From positions 31,541 to 95,540 of the IMG/VR virus record IMGVR_UViG_2923098224_000002: a DNA stretch of 64,000 nt. One strand, given 5' to 3'. The position numbers and the translations under genes are program-made. This DNA is from a virus. Lineage: Duplodnaviria; Caudoviricetes. The notes beneath the pieces were generated by a model. The model made no database searches, was not told the origin of the DNA, and saw nothing but the letters and a program-made list of their open reading frames with translations. Shown one piece after another: positions 48,689 to 59,500 of this stretch (position 1 is its first letter; every line of letters begins with the position of its first letter).

Positions 48689-48885
48689 AAAATAACCATT
48701 CAATTTAATCAAAGTCGATTCGCGAACGACTATAAATGTATAAACAAGGACAGAAAACAACATGCAGGATATATTAGCACCCTCCTTCCATGCTAGAAAA
48801 AAGTGATAAATAAGGATAAAAATAAAATAAATAGATTGACGATAGTAAACGTAAGTGTTATAATTAAGTTAAGAAAGGAGGGGAA

Positions 48886-49041
48886 ATGAGTATGGAAAAG
48901 TTAGAGCTTATCCTTCGGGACTTGGCTTGGGTGGTTGCAATCCTAGCAGGAATAACAACCATGATCAAGAACATCAAGGACTTGAAGGCAAGCAAAAACA
49001 AAAAACGACGTTCTCCCGCCAAGAAGAAACGTCGCTCATAA
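48886..49041 (+). CDS. Small TM peptide with basic tail (type I toxin/holin-like, 51 aa)
   Basis: Promoter TTGACG-17-TATAAT (48836-48864); AAAGGAGG RBS; MSMEKLELILRDLAWVVAILAGITT...KKKRRS. Confidence 0.65.
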   Translation: MSMEKLELILRDLAWVVAILAGITTMIKNIKDLKASKNKKRRSPAKKKRRS

Positions 49042-49105
49042 GCTAGAGGGGATTTATTCCCCTTCTCTTATTATTATAACACTTTTCATTCCATACTCAA
49101 AACAC

Positions 49106-49288
49106 ATGAAAAAATTGGTTGATGTCACAACAATATTCTTTTTTATTCTGTTCATTATGCTGTTTTCGAATTTTGATTATGCTCATCTTAGCACCTTAGA
49201 TATACTAACAATGGTATTAGCGTTAATCTGGTTGGTAGTTACTATCATAAACATTATCCTTAAGTGGAGGAACCTTAGAAATGACTAA
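49106..49288 (+). CDS. Small two-TM membrane protein
   Basis: Two hydrophobic segments with NF...LSTLD loop. Confidence 0.6.
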   Translation: MKKLVDVTTIFFFILFIMLFSNFDYAHLSTLDILTMVLALIWLVVTIINIILKWRNLRND

Positions 49289-49493
49289 GATTGTTTTTGA
49301 CAGCATTGATGACTTAAAAGATTTTATAGCAAAAGAAATTTTAACTACATCTGAAGCGATTGAGATCATCGGCTGTAGTCGTCAAAACTTAAAACAGTTG
49401 GTCGATCGTGAAACATTAGTACCCATTAAAACAACAAGTCGGGATCGTTTATTTTTAAGAGAAGATATTGAAAGTTATAAAAGGAAAAGGTAA
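49281..49493 (+). CDS. HTH_17/excisionase-like DNA-binding protein
   Basis: LTTSEAIEIIGCSRQNL...RLF. Confidence 0.75.
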   Translation: MTKIVFDSIDDLKDFIAKEILTTSEAIEIIGCSRQNLKQLVDRETLVPIKTTSRDRLFLREDIESYKRKR

Positions 49494-49576
49494 AGGCATC
49501 CGCAGCAACGGGTGCTTTTTTATTTGTGTTATGGTCACAAGAGAAATGTAAAAAATAAAGTAGGTGTAAAGCAATT

Positions 49577-49984
49577 ATGCTGAACGAAAAAAAGATAAAA
49601 GCTATTGGATTAATTGCTGAAGGAAACCTCAGTATGACTGAAATAGCAAAGGAAGTTGGCGTTAGTCGAAATGCTCTGTATCTATGGAGAAAGGATAAAG
49701 AATATCAGCAGGAGCTAGACAAAGAGATACAAAATTTCAAACTTTTAGCGCAACAAGAAAGAAACGCAAGGGCCAAGAACTGGTTTAAAAAATTAGAATA
49801 CATCGCCATGGATGATGACCAAAAGACTAAGGATCAGATAGATGCGCTTAAAACATTACTTGCTTACTCTGAGGGAACTCCAACGTCTAAGGTTGAAATC
49901 ACTGAGACAAAGGCAAATGAAGTGGATAAAGAAACAATTGAAGATGAGATTAAGATGTGGAAACAATCAAAAGAAGACAAATAA
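49577..49984 (+). CDS. Probable terminase small subunit (HTH)
   Basis: SMTEIAKEVGVSRNALYLW; upstream of terL. Confidence 0.7.
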   Translation: MLNEKKIKAIGLIAEGNLSMTEIAKEVGVSRNALYLWRKDKEYQQELDKEIQNFKLLAQQERNARAKNWFKKLEYIAMDDDQKTKDQIDALKTLLAYSEGTPTSKVEITETKANEVDKETIEDEIKMWKQSKEDK

Positions 49985-50000
49985 AAAGCCCTCTCCTATG

Positions 50001-50564
50001 TCATTTAGAAGGGGCTTGTAACTTCTTCTTAGCTCTTATTAGAGTGCTTTTACTGATACCTGTAATATCCTCAACTTGTTTGTATGAATGATCGTTAAGT
50101 AACTCTAAGGCGTGTTGTATTTGCTTCTTCGAATACTTGTTAGGTCTACCCTCTCGGAAGTCTTCACGTTGCTTTGCAATGGCTTTTCCTTCCTGAGTAC
50201 GTTCGACAATCATATCTCTTTCAAACTCTGCAAACCCACTCATAATGGTTAATATTAGCCTTCCTGTTGGTGTGTCTTCAACTAAACCCATGTTTAATAC
50301 ATGAACCTTCACACCCTTTGAAAACAATTCCTTGACTGTATTAATTGCATCTACAGTTGATCTTGCAAAGCGGTCTAGCTTAGTAACAACCAAAGTATCT
50401 CCTTCTTCAAGCTTTGATAAAACCTCTTTGAATTTAGGGCGATCAGCTTTAGTACCTGTGAATTTTTCTGAATAGATCACATCGCATCCTTGGTTCTCTA
50501 ATGTGGCTATCTGTGATTCCAAATCCTGTGAAACTGTACTTACACGAGCATATCCATATTTCAT
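50001..50564 (-). CDS. Serine recombinase (resolvase/invertase)
   Basis: [21 protein letters not shown]-terminal HTH. Confidence 0.95.
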   Translation of the reverse strand: MKYGYARVSTVSQDLESQIATLENQGCDVIYSEKFTGTKADRPKFKEVLSKLEEGDTLVVTKLDRFARSTVDAINTVKELFSKGVKVHVLNMGLVEDTPTGRLILTIMSGFAEFERDMIVERTQEGKAIAKQREDFREGRPNKYSKKQIQHALELLNDHSYKQVEDITGISKSTLIRAKKKLQAPSK

Positions 50565-50604
50565 AATAAAGCACTCCTTTTGTGTATCTATTTATGGAAC
50601 TAAG

Positions 50605-50676
50605 TTATGACACCTCTTGATACCTTAATTCTACAGGGTTCAAAGGATGGTGTCAATACTTTTAAGATATGACACC
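50605..50676. promoter_or_regulatory. Candidate res site
   Basis: TGACACC half-sites at 50608, 50649 (inverted) and 50670 upstream of the resolvase. Confidence 0.55.
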
Positions 50677-50916
50677 GATGAAGATATGAAACATGCTTAA
50701 ATTTGTATGTAAGATAAGAAATTGCAGGCTGATTTAAGCATGTTTAAAGGGGCTGTGTGAAGAGTTAATGAGTTAGATACCAATAGTATTCAAGCTCATT
50801 AAAGTTGCTTAGGATGGCTCACAGTAAGGCATACCCCCCACCATTCTGTTTTTAAAAATGCTGTCTTATCCGATAGCAGGGTACAAATTTTTTGTAGTAT
50901 TTTTCAAATTTCCGAG

Positions 50917-52671
50917 GTGATAAAAATAAGTGAGCAAATAAATATCAACACGTCAGAGAATAGACGTTTTCTATATGAATATTTAGTTAAACAAGCAGTT
51001 AAAGAGCATGATCTATCTGAATCAGATGCTGAAGAGTTTGCAGCGCATTTAATGAAAAAACGATCAGATGATTTATTTACATATCATGGTTTGGCTTGGG
51101 AACTAGGGCAGAAAAACCTTGAGTTCTTTTGTCTATTCTTCCTTCAAGACACATTTAGAGCACCTGGTACATCTGAAATAGCTCCTATTCATAAGCAAAT
51201 ATGGGAAGACATTGAGAATATGCTCCTACATAACACACATGATAAGCAAGTGTACGTCCTTCCTAGGGGTACTGGTAAGAGTGCATTCGCAAACTTGCCT
51301 ACTGTAGCTTTTTCAGTTGCTAATAAGCTAAGAATTTTTACGCTTGTTTGTTCCTCTACAGGTGAGCTTGCGGATAAATTCATAAAACAGATCAAGGAAG
51401 TATTTGTTGACAACATCTATCTCCAATCTTGTTATGGAAAGCTTTTGGATCCATCTAATAAAAAATATATTTGCAACTCCTCTCAGCTGGAGTTTACAAA
51501 TGGAACTATGGTTGAAAGTATCAGTAGTAAAACTGATATGAGAGGAAGGAAACACCCTGACAATACAAGGATTGAATTAGCTATCCTAGACGATTATCAA
51601 AATAATGATGACTGCGCTACAGATGCAAACAGAGAGAAAAAATGGAGACGTTTTGCAACTGATGTTAACTTTGCACTACAAAAGCCTGTATATGATAAAG
51701 ATGGAAAGTTAATCAGGCAGGGTGGAATCATGGTAGGATGTGGGACAATTCAGCACCCAGAATGCTTTTATAGCAGGTTACTTAAATTGCCAACTTGGAG
51801 ATCACGAAAAGAAAAAGGCATACTCGTTGATGACATTGATGAAATGTTCAGCTCTGGATTGTGGGCTGAATTTAAAGAAATCCTTTCAGATTCCAAAAAT
51901 GAGAACAGGCTTCTTCATGCAAAGGAATTTTATTATCAACATGAGGATGAAATGAAATTCCCTATTCTATGGGAGAGTTATTGGAATCCTTTAGACATGG
52001 CACTTGCTTATTATGAAGACCCTGTGGCATACAACCAAGAGGTACAAGGTTTAATTACCTCAACAGGACAAAAGAAATTCAAAACAATTATCACTGAGTC
52101 TGCTGAAAAGATTGAGAGCCATGACTTTACAAAAACAATGCTGTCTATTGATCCAGCTGGGACAAGAAATAAACAAAAGAAGAAAAAGGACTATTATGCT
52201 TTTGTAGTTGGAAGTGTGTCAGACATGAATATCAAGTATGTTCGTAAAGGTACAGTGTTTAAGGGTGAGTATGAGGATTATATGGATTATACTCTCAAGC
52301 TCCTTAAAGAATATCCTGATATCAGTTTTGTAAACATTGAGAAAAACGTTTATAACGGTGCGGATGTTATTCAGCTTCAAGAGTTAGTAAGGAATGACCC
52401 CCAATTAAAAGGCAGAAAAATTGAGTGGCTCAATAATGCTGTAACCAAAAATAAGGATGACAGAATCAATACCATTGTTGGTGATGTCAATATGGGAAGA
52501 ATTATCTTTAATGAAGAGGATGAGGAAGCGATACAGCAACTTAGAGATTTTGCTGGTGCGGATTTCTCAGCATACGATGACTTCCCTGATGCAGTAGCTG
52601 AATGGTCTAAAAGGATAAATGAAGTTGAAGTAATTAATATCTCGTCAATTCCAAGGAATTGGCTTTTTTAG
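50917..52671 (+). CDS. terL: Terminase large subunit
   Basis: PRGTGKS, ILDD, SIDPA, DDFPDA. Confidence 0.9.
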   Translation: MIKISEQININTSENRRFLYEYLVKQAVKEHDLSESDAEEFAAHLMKKRSDDLFTYHGLAWELGQKNLEFFCLFFLQDTFRAPGTSEIAPIHKQIWEDIENMLLHNTHDKQVYVLPRGTGKSAFANLPTVAFSVANKLRIFTLVCSSTGELADKFIKQIKEVFVDNIYLQSCYGKLLDPSNKKYICNSSQLEFTNGTMVESISSKTDMRGRKHPDNTRIELAILDDYQNNDDCATDANREKKWRRFATDVNFALQKPVYDKDGKLIRQGGIMVGCGTIQHPECFYSRLLKLPTWRSRKEKGILVDDIDEMFSSGLWAEFKEILSDSKNENRLLHAKEFYYQHEDEMKFPILWESYWNPLDMALAYYEDPVAYNQEVQGLITSTGQKKFKTIITESAEKIESHDFTKTMLSIDPAGTRNKQKKKKDYYAFVVGSVSDMNIKYVRKGTVFKGEYEDYMDYTLKLLKEYPDISFVNIEKNVYNGADVIQLQELVRNDPQLKGRKIEWLNNAVTKNKDDRINTIVGDVNMGRIIFNEEDEEAIQQLRDFAGADFSAYDDFPDAVAEWSKRINEVEVINISSIPRNWLF

Positions 52672-52685
52672 ATTGAGGTGAATTT

Positions 52686-54020
52686 ATGAAAAATGAACAA
52701 TTGATAACTAAAATGCTTGACCACCTAAGATTAAATCAAGGGCATCATGAAAAGTTAAAGCGATATTACTTAGGTGATCACGATATTTTGCATAGTAAAA
52801 CAGCAAAAGATCCTCTTAAAGCAGACATGAGAGCTTATTTTAATTATTGCCGCAAGATGGTTCAGAATAGCGTGGGCTATTTGTTAGGTAAGCCGGTTAA
52901 TTATGGATCAAAAACAGAGAATAAAGAGTTTATTAGCAACATTGATTATTACTTTAGCAATTGGGAACATGCCCATAATATCAAGTTGAAAATTGAGGCA
53001 TCCATTCATGGGTATGCTTATGAAGCGAATTACATAAACAGTGAGGGTGATTTTGAGTGTGCTGCATATTCACCACTTGAAATGATCGTTCTTCATGATG
53101 GGACAATTGAAAATAAAGTTTCGATGGCCATTAGGAAATACAAAGTTCAATTTGATGAGACTGAGTATGTAGAAGTGTGGGACGATACGTTTTATAGCAA
53201 CTATAAATTGAGTGGTGGGAAGTTGTTGCTCTTAGAGCAAAAACGACACAGATTCTCTAGATGCCCTGTTAGAGAGCTCAAGAACAACGATATTAAAAAA
53301 TCTACATTTGAGGACATTATCAAGATTATTGACATGTACAATGCTATACATGCCAATGCGGCCAATGAACTTGTTGATCATAGAAATTCTTATTTAGTTT
53401 TCACAAACTGCAGCGTTGAATTTGAAGACGCCAAAAAGATGAAAGAAAACGGCATCATTATACTCCCTCATGAAAAAGCGGAGGTAAAGTGGCTTACTAA
53501 AGACTTACATGGAACCTTTGTGAAAGATATGCTTAAACAATGGCAAGATGAAATGTATATACAAAGTAATCAAGTAAACCTCAATGAAAACTTCCAAAGC
53601 AATACCTCAGGTGTATCCATCCGTTTAAAACTTCAAGAGTTAGAAAACCAATCAGCTATTGCAGAATCCCACTTTGAAAAAGTTCTTAAGGACAGACTAA
53701 AGTTCTTTTGTGAATTTCTATCTCTCAAGAAACAAGCCGAATTTGATTATAAAGATGTCAATGTAGCATTCACTCGAAATGTACCGGTAGATGAAGTTGC
53801 TATCGCTCAGATGGTATCAACTTTGAGCGGGTTAGTTCCCCATGAAGATCTCCTTTCAAGGCTGCCTTTCATTCAAAATCCTTCTGCTTCAATGCAAAAG
53901 TTAATCAAACAGCATGAGACGGTGAAGTTGCACAGCGCCAATAATATGAACACAACAGCAGTACCTAAACAGGACATTTCTGATGAAGAGGATCAAGAAC
54001 GCCTCTCAAATGGACTGTAA
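52686..54020 (+). CDS. Portal protein (SPP1 gp6-like)
   Basis: YYLGDH, YLLGKPV, SGVSIR.KL, FTRN.P. Confidence 0.9.
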   Translation: MKNEQLITKMLDHLRLNQGHHEKLKRYYLGDHDILHSKTAKDPLKADMRAYFNYCRKMVQNSVGYLLGKPVNYGSKTENKEFISNIDYYFSNWEHAHNIKLKIEASIHGYAYEANYINSEGDFECAAYSPLEMIVLHDGTIENKVSMAIRKYKVQFDETEYVEVWDDTFYSNYKLSGGKLLLLEQKRHRFSRCPVRELKNNDIKKSTFEDIIKIIDMYNAIHANAANELVDHRNSYLVFTNCSVEFEDAKKMKENGIIILPHEKAEVKWLTKDLHGTFVKDMLKQWQDEMYIQSNQVNLNENFQSNTSGVSIRLKLQELENQSAIAESHFEKVLKDRLKFFCEFLSLKKQAEFDYKDVNVAFTRNVPVDEVAIAQMVSTLSGLVPHEDLLSRLPFIQNPSASMQKLIKQHETVKLHSANNMNTTAVPKQDISDEEDQERLSNGL

Positions 54021-54127
54021 AACAATATGGGAATCTTGTAAAAGGTCAGGGCAAGATATGTGTAAATGTGGGTTAATTACACAAATACAACACTCTATGG
54101 CGTGTACATAGAGGGTTAGGAGGAAAT

Positions 54128-54727
54128 ATGGATTTAAAAACTGTTAAAGAATTTTTAGAGCAAAACAAAGAAAAGGAAGAAGTTAAATCATATTTAGAAG
54201 AACTGTCTGCCGTATCTGCTGATAAGGTGTCAGGGTTTTTAGATACTGATGAAGGCAAGAAAATTTTGCAGCCACGATTAGATGAACATTTCTCAAAGAG
54301 TCTTAATACGTGGAAAACCAATAATCTGCAGAAACATGTTGATGAAAAGGTTAAAGAGTTATACCCAGAAAAAGATCCACTGGAATTAAAAGTAGCTAAT
54401 TTAGAAAAGCAATTGGCCATGAAAGAAATGCGCTCTTTTGCAATGGATAAAGCGCATAAAGAGGGATTACCTTTAGAATTAGTGGATCTTGTAATGGGTG
54501 AAGATCAGGAGAAGACTAGTTCTAATTTAGATCTTTTAAAAGGCGTGTTTTCCCAACATATTGAGAATAAAACACAAGAAAGATTAAAAGCCGATGGCAT
54601 TGATCCTAAAGGTTCACAAGAACCACCGAAGACATTCACAATGGAGCAACTTAAGAACATGTCTGAAGAAGAATATATTAAAAATCAAGAAGCGGTTGAC
54701 GCTTATCTTAATAGTCAATCCAACTAA
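54128..54727 (+). CDS. Scaffolding protein (DUF4355-like)
   Basis: K.L.TWK.NNL motif; precedes capsid gene. Confidence 0.75.
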   Translation: MDLKTVKEFLEQNKEKEEVKSYLEELSAVSADKVSGFLDTDEGKKILQPRLDEHFSKSLNTWKTNNLQKHVDEKVKELYPEKDPLELKVANLEKQLAMKEMRSFAMDKAHKEGLPLELVDLVMGEDQEKTSSNLDLLKGVFSQHIENKTQERLKADGIDPKGSQEPPKTFTMEQLKNMSEEEYIKNQEAVDAYLNSQSN

Positions 54728-54755
54728 TTTAATTACATAAGGATAAGGTGATAAT

Positions 54756-55574
54756 ATGTCAGTTCAAAATTTCATTCCAACAGTATGGTCAACAAAATTA
54801 AATCAAGCTTATGATAAAGCGATGGTATACGGTAATCTCGTAAATAGTGATTATCAAGGCGATGTGAGTTACGGGAATACAGTTAAAATCAATACTTTTG
54901 GTGAAATCACAATCGGTGATTACGGTAAAAATGGTGTAGGGGATCCTCAGGAGCTTGATTCTAGTCAAACAGAATTACTTATTGATCAGAAAAAATTCTT
55001 CAATTTTAAAGTTGAAGATGTGGATGCTGCTCAAGCTAATATCAATTTGCTAAATGGCGCAATGAATCGTGCTGCATATGGATTAGCAGATACTGCAGAT
55101 CGGTTTATTGCAAATCTATATACTGAAGTAGATTCTAAAAATGTAATGGGCTCAGATACAGACCCAATTCAATTAACCAAACTAGATACTTATGATATTT
55201 TGGTCGATTTAAACACCAAACTTTCAGAAGCAAATGTTCCTAAATCTGAACGTTATGCGGTAGTACCAGAATTTGCTTATGGGTTACTGCAAAAAGATGA
55301 CCGGTTTACAAAATTCCAAGAAATTCTTTTAAATGGATACATCGGTAACGTTGGTGGGCTACAAATCTATACATCTAATAACGTTCCTGTAATTGATGGT
55401 AAGTATAAGATTATGGCTGGTCATAGATCGGCAATTACCTTTGCGTCTCAGCTTAACAAATTGGAAGCGTACCGCCCAGAGAAATACTTTGCTGATGCTA
55501 TTAAAGGCCTCCAAGTATATGGCGCAAAAGTTATTAAACCAACTGGAATTGCGGTCTTAACTGCATCTAAATAA
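54756..55574 (+). CDS. Major capsid protein (272 aa)
   Basis: NFIPTVWS, GNTVKI, IDQ.K.F.F.V.D, KGL.VYGAKV motifs. Confidence 0.85.
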   Translation: MSVQNFIPTVWSTKLNQAYDKAMVYGNLVNSDYQGDVSYGNTVKINTFGEITIGDYGKNGVGDPQELDSSQTELLIDQKKFFNFKVEDVDAAQANINLLNGAMNRAAYGLADTADRFIANLYTEVDSKNVMGSDTDPIQLTKLDTYDILVDLNTKLSEANVPKSERYAVVPEFAYGLLQKDDRFTKFQEILLNGYIGNVGGLQIYTSNNVPVIDGKYKIMAGHRSAITFASQLNKLEAYRPEKYFADAIKGLQVYGAKVIKPTGIAVLTASK

Positions 55575-55635
55575 TAAAAATTGAGGGCGGAGGCTAATAT
55601 CTCTGCCCTTTTTTATCTTAATAAGGAGGAATTAA

Positions 55636-55782
55636 ATGTTTGTATTAAATAAAAAAACAGGGCTCACTTGGAATGTTGAAGGTGAGTTATTAGAAAGGCT
55701 TTTAAAGTCGCCAAATTATGAAATTGTTGAATCAAAAGAAAAACCAGTAAGAAAACCTCGGCCAAAGAAGGGTTCAGAATAA
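55636..55782 (+). CDS. Small head-associated protein (48 aa)
   Basis: AAGGAGG RBS; manual translation. Confidence 0.55.
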   Translation: MFVLNKKTGLTWNVEGELLERLLKSPNYEIVESKEKPVRKPRPKKGSE

Positions 55783-56099
55783 TGGATAAAACAATAACCC
55801 TAAAAATCCTCTTAGATATTGATCGAGACGATACCAGCAATGATGAAATATTGAGCCTGTACTTATTAAGTGCAGAAAATTTTATAAAGAACTATTGTGA
55901 CGTTGAAAGCGTTCCAAGTGAGTTGGATATTGTGCATTTACATATCGCTGTTTTTCAGTATCGTCAAAATGGGTTTGAAGCTGTTACTGCTGAGAAGATA
56001 GGTAACATTAGTCAGACTTTTAAGAGCTCAATGCCAAACCATATTATCGAAGAATTAGATAAATTCATTAGAAATACAAAATACGTGAAGTTTTTTTAA
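55782..56099 (+). CDS. Head-tail connector
   Basis: AENFIKNYC motif; synteny. Confidence 0.75.
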   Translation: MDKTITLKILLDIDRDDTSNDEILSLYLLSAENFIKNYCDVESVPSELDIVHLHIAVFQYRQNGFEAVTAEKIGNISQTFKSSMPNHIIEELDKFIRNTKYVKFF

Positions 56100-56100
56100 G

Positions 56101-56448
56101 GTGACAATAATGAAATACAAAGACCTTTATTATTTAATTCAGGTTAAAAGGGTGAAGACAGGCAAAAAGACTGATTGGGGAACAGACATATATGAGGATC
56201 AAGAAACTCTAGTTCCATACAAATGTTCTTTTCAGCCTTATGTTGAATCAATTAGTTCTCCAACTGCGGTAGGAAGAATAACTGACATAACCAATATGAT
56301 CTTCTGCCCGCCTAATGAAAAGCTAGAGAAAGGCGTTAAAGTCGTTCATAAAGGAAAAGAATACGAGGTTCTTTACCCACCCAGAGACTGGGGAAGACAT
56401 TATGAGGTGTTCGTTAACTATATAGGCGCACACAAGTCCACTAAGTAA
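56101..56448 (+). CDS. Head closure protein
   Basis: TDWG, CSFQP, HYEV motifs; synteny. Confidence 0.65.
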   Translation: MTIMKYKDLYYLIQVKRVKTGKKTDWGTDIYEDQETLVPYKCSFQPYVESISSPTAVGRITDITNMIFCPPNEKLEKGVKVVHKGKEYEVLYPPRDWGRHYEVFVNYIGAHKSTK

Positions 56449-56513
56449 ACAAACGAAGTGCTTTAAATTTTGAGGCACTTCTTTTTTTTATTTGTAGAAA
56501 AATTACTAAGGAA

Positions 56514-59500
56514 GTGAAAGAACAAGTGTCTCAAAATTTAAAAATTGTATTAACTCCTGTGGCTGACACATCAACTAAGACAGTTCAGCAATTAAATAAA
56601 GATATATCCACACTTCAAAATAAAATCAATCCATTGAATCTCAAAGTAAGCTTTGACGACAAAGTTCTTAGAACGCTTGAGAGGTTTTCAAATGCTTTTA
56701 AGCAAAGTGAAGAGGCGTTAAAACACCTTAATCAGACAGTCAAAGAAAATATTACTGAGACTAAAAATGCAGATGGTTCTATCACTAGGCTTACACAGCA
56801 GTATAAGCGGAGTGGTGAAATCCATGAGAAAACTCGGACAATCATAGACAACTCAACAAAGAGTTTGGAACGGGAATCAAAAGCAGCAAGTAAGCTCGTA
56901 CAGCAAATGGAGCGTCTTGGCCAAGCTCAAAAGAAAGTAACGAAACAAGATGCAACTGGTCGTGTCACTGGAACAGTGACTAAATATAGAGATGAGTTTA
57001 AAGATGTTACCCATAGCACAGATAGACACGGGGCAACTTTAGCTGTTAAAACCACAGAAAACTTTGACCAGCAACAAAAGGCAATAGATAAACTAAACCA
57101 AAAATTAGAGCAGCTTAGACAAAAAGGCCAACTATCCTCAACAGTCCTCAATAGACTATCCAGTTCAATTAACGCCGCAAGAACAACCTCTCAAATAGAT
57201 CAGATCGCTAACAGAATGAAACGCTTGGATGACTCTGCAGCATTAAAAGCTAGAACTAAAGAGTTAGAACATCAATTAAGCCTGTATCAGAGACAAGCTA
57301 AATTAAATGTTAAATCTTTGACGGATAGGTATGGAACATCTATCAGTCCTGAGAACTCCAGAGCATTGCAAAACTATATTAATTCTGTGAATCAGCTCAA
57401 TGTAAAGACACCAAATATTACTAGGCAGATGCAAAGTCTTAGTATGCAGTTTAGAGAGATTCAATCTAATGCAAGCTCATCTTCAAGACAAGTATCTAGT
57501 TTTGGTGAGAAATTAAAACAAGCTTTTACAGGAATGCCTGCTTACATGCTAGCCGGTTCTGCTTTATTTGGTGGGGTTACTGCTCTTAAATCAATAGTTT
57601 CTCAGGTTGTTGAAATTGATACGCTCATGACAAACATTCGTCGTGTAATGGATGCACCAGACTACAAATTTAATGAGCTTCTTCAAACGTCCATTGAATT
57701 AGGGGATTCCCTATCAAATAAAATCTCAGATATTCTTCAAATGACTGGTGATTTTGGACGTATGGGTTTTGATGAAAGTGAACTCTCCACTTTAACAAAA
57801 ACTGCACAAGTCCTTCAGAACGTCTCCGATTTGACCCCAGATGACACTGTAAATACATTAACTGCCGCAATGCTGAATTTCAATATCGCCGCCAACGATT
57901 CTATCTCAATCGCAGATAAGCTTAATGAAGTCGATAACAACTATGCTGTAACTACAATGGATCTGGCTAACAGTATTAGAAAAGCAGGTTCAACAGCTTC
58001 AACATTTGGTGTTGAATTGAATGATTTAATTGGATACACCACTGCCATCGCAAGTACCACTCGTGAATCTGGGAATGTGGTTGGTAACTCATTAAAGACG
58101 ATTTTTGCACGTATCGGGAATAACGAAAGCTCAATTAAAGCTTTAGACCAGATCGGAATTTCTGTAAAGACTGCTGGTGGAGAAGCTAAGTCAGCAAGCG
58201 AGCTGATTAATGAGGTAGCAGCCAAATGGGATACGTTAACTGATGCCCAAAAACAAAATACCTCTATTGGCGTTGCAAACATCCATCAATTGTCTCGATT
58301 TAATGCCTTAATGAACAACTTTTCCATATCACAAAACGCAGCCACCACTGCGGCTAATTCCACAGGGAGTGCCTGGAGCGAGCAACAGAAATACGCAGAT
58401 AGCTTACAAGCAAGATTAAATAAACTTCAAAATAAGTTCACTGAATTAGCTGTAGCTTCAGGAGATGCATTTATAAGTGATGGTTTAATTAATGCTGTAT
58501 CTGTAGTTGGGGATCTTCTGAAAGCTGTCACTTCAGCTGTAAAGGGTATCGGATTCCTTCCAATTGCTTTTATGACAGCAAACTTTGCTTTAGTTGGCTT
58601 TAATAAGAATATGCGTCTGCTTCAAACAGCAATGATTTTTGGGGCGAATTCTTTAACTGAAGCCCAAAGAGCAACAATTGGGATAGAAGCGGGAATGACA
58701 AGAGCTACAATTGCTACAAGGTCATTTACTGTTGCTTGGAGAGGTATGTTGGCATCTACAGTAGTAGGTGTTGCCTTTGCTGGTATAGGTTTTGCTTTAG
58801 AAAAAATAATTACAGCATTCGCTGATGCAAAGAAAGCAAAAGAAGACTTTGAACAAAATCAGCAAACCAATGTTGAAGCAATTACAACCAACAAAGACTC
58901 GACAGACAAATTGATCAAACAGTATAAGGAGCTTCAAAAAGCTAAAGATTCCAGAACCCTTACTTCTGATGAAGAACAGGAATACCTTCAGGTTACACAA
59001 CAATTAGCACAATCGTTTCCGGCTTTAATTAAAGGCTATGATTCTCAAGGTAATGCAATTCTAAAGAGTAATAAGGCTTTAGAAGAGGCTATTAAGAATA
59101 CCAAAGAATATCTTGAGCTCAAAAAGACAGAGACAAAAGACGGTGCTAAAAAGACGTTCGAAGACGCTTCAAAAGGAATCGAAAAGTCTAAGGAAGAACT
59201 GAAGCAGTATGAGAAGATGGCCAAGGAATATTCAAAAGGAAAGAATTTCTGGTCTTTCTTTGAAATTCCTTTTTCAGATGAAAATGATTATAAGTTGGAA
59301 GCTGATAAAGCACAGCTGAATATAAATCGGGTACAAAAGGATATCTCTAGCGGTAATGCAAAAGTTAGGGACAGCGTACTATCCATTGCCGAAGCTTACA
59401 GTAAAATTGATATTAGTAATACGTTAAAGGCAAGTATCAATGACATTGTAGGTAAACTCACTTTAAAAGATAATTTGAATCCTGATGATCTCGATAAATT

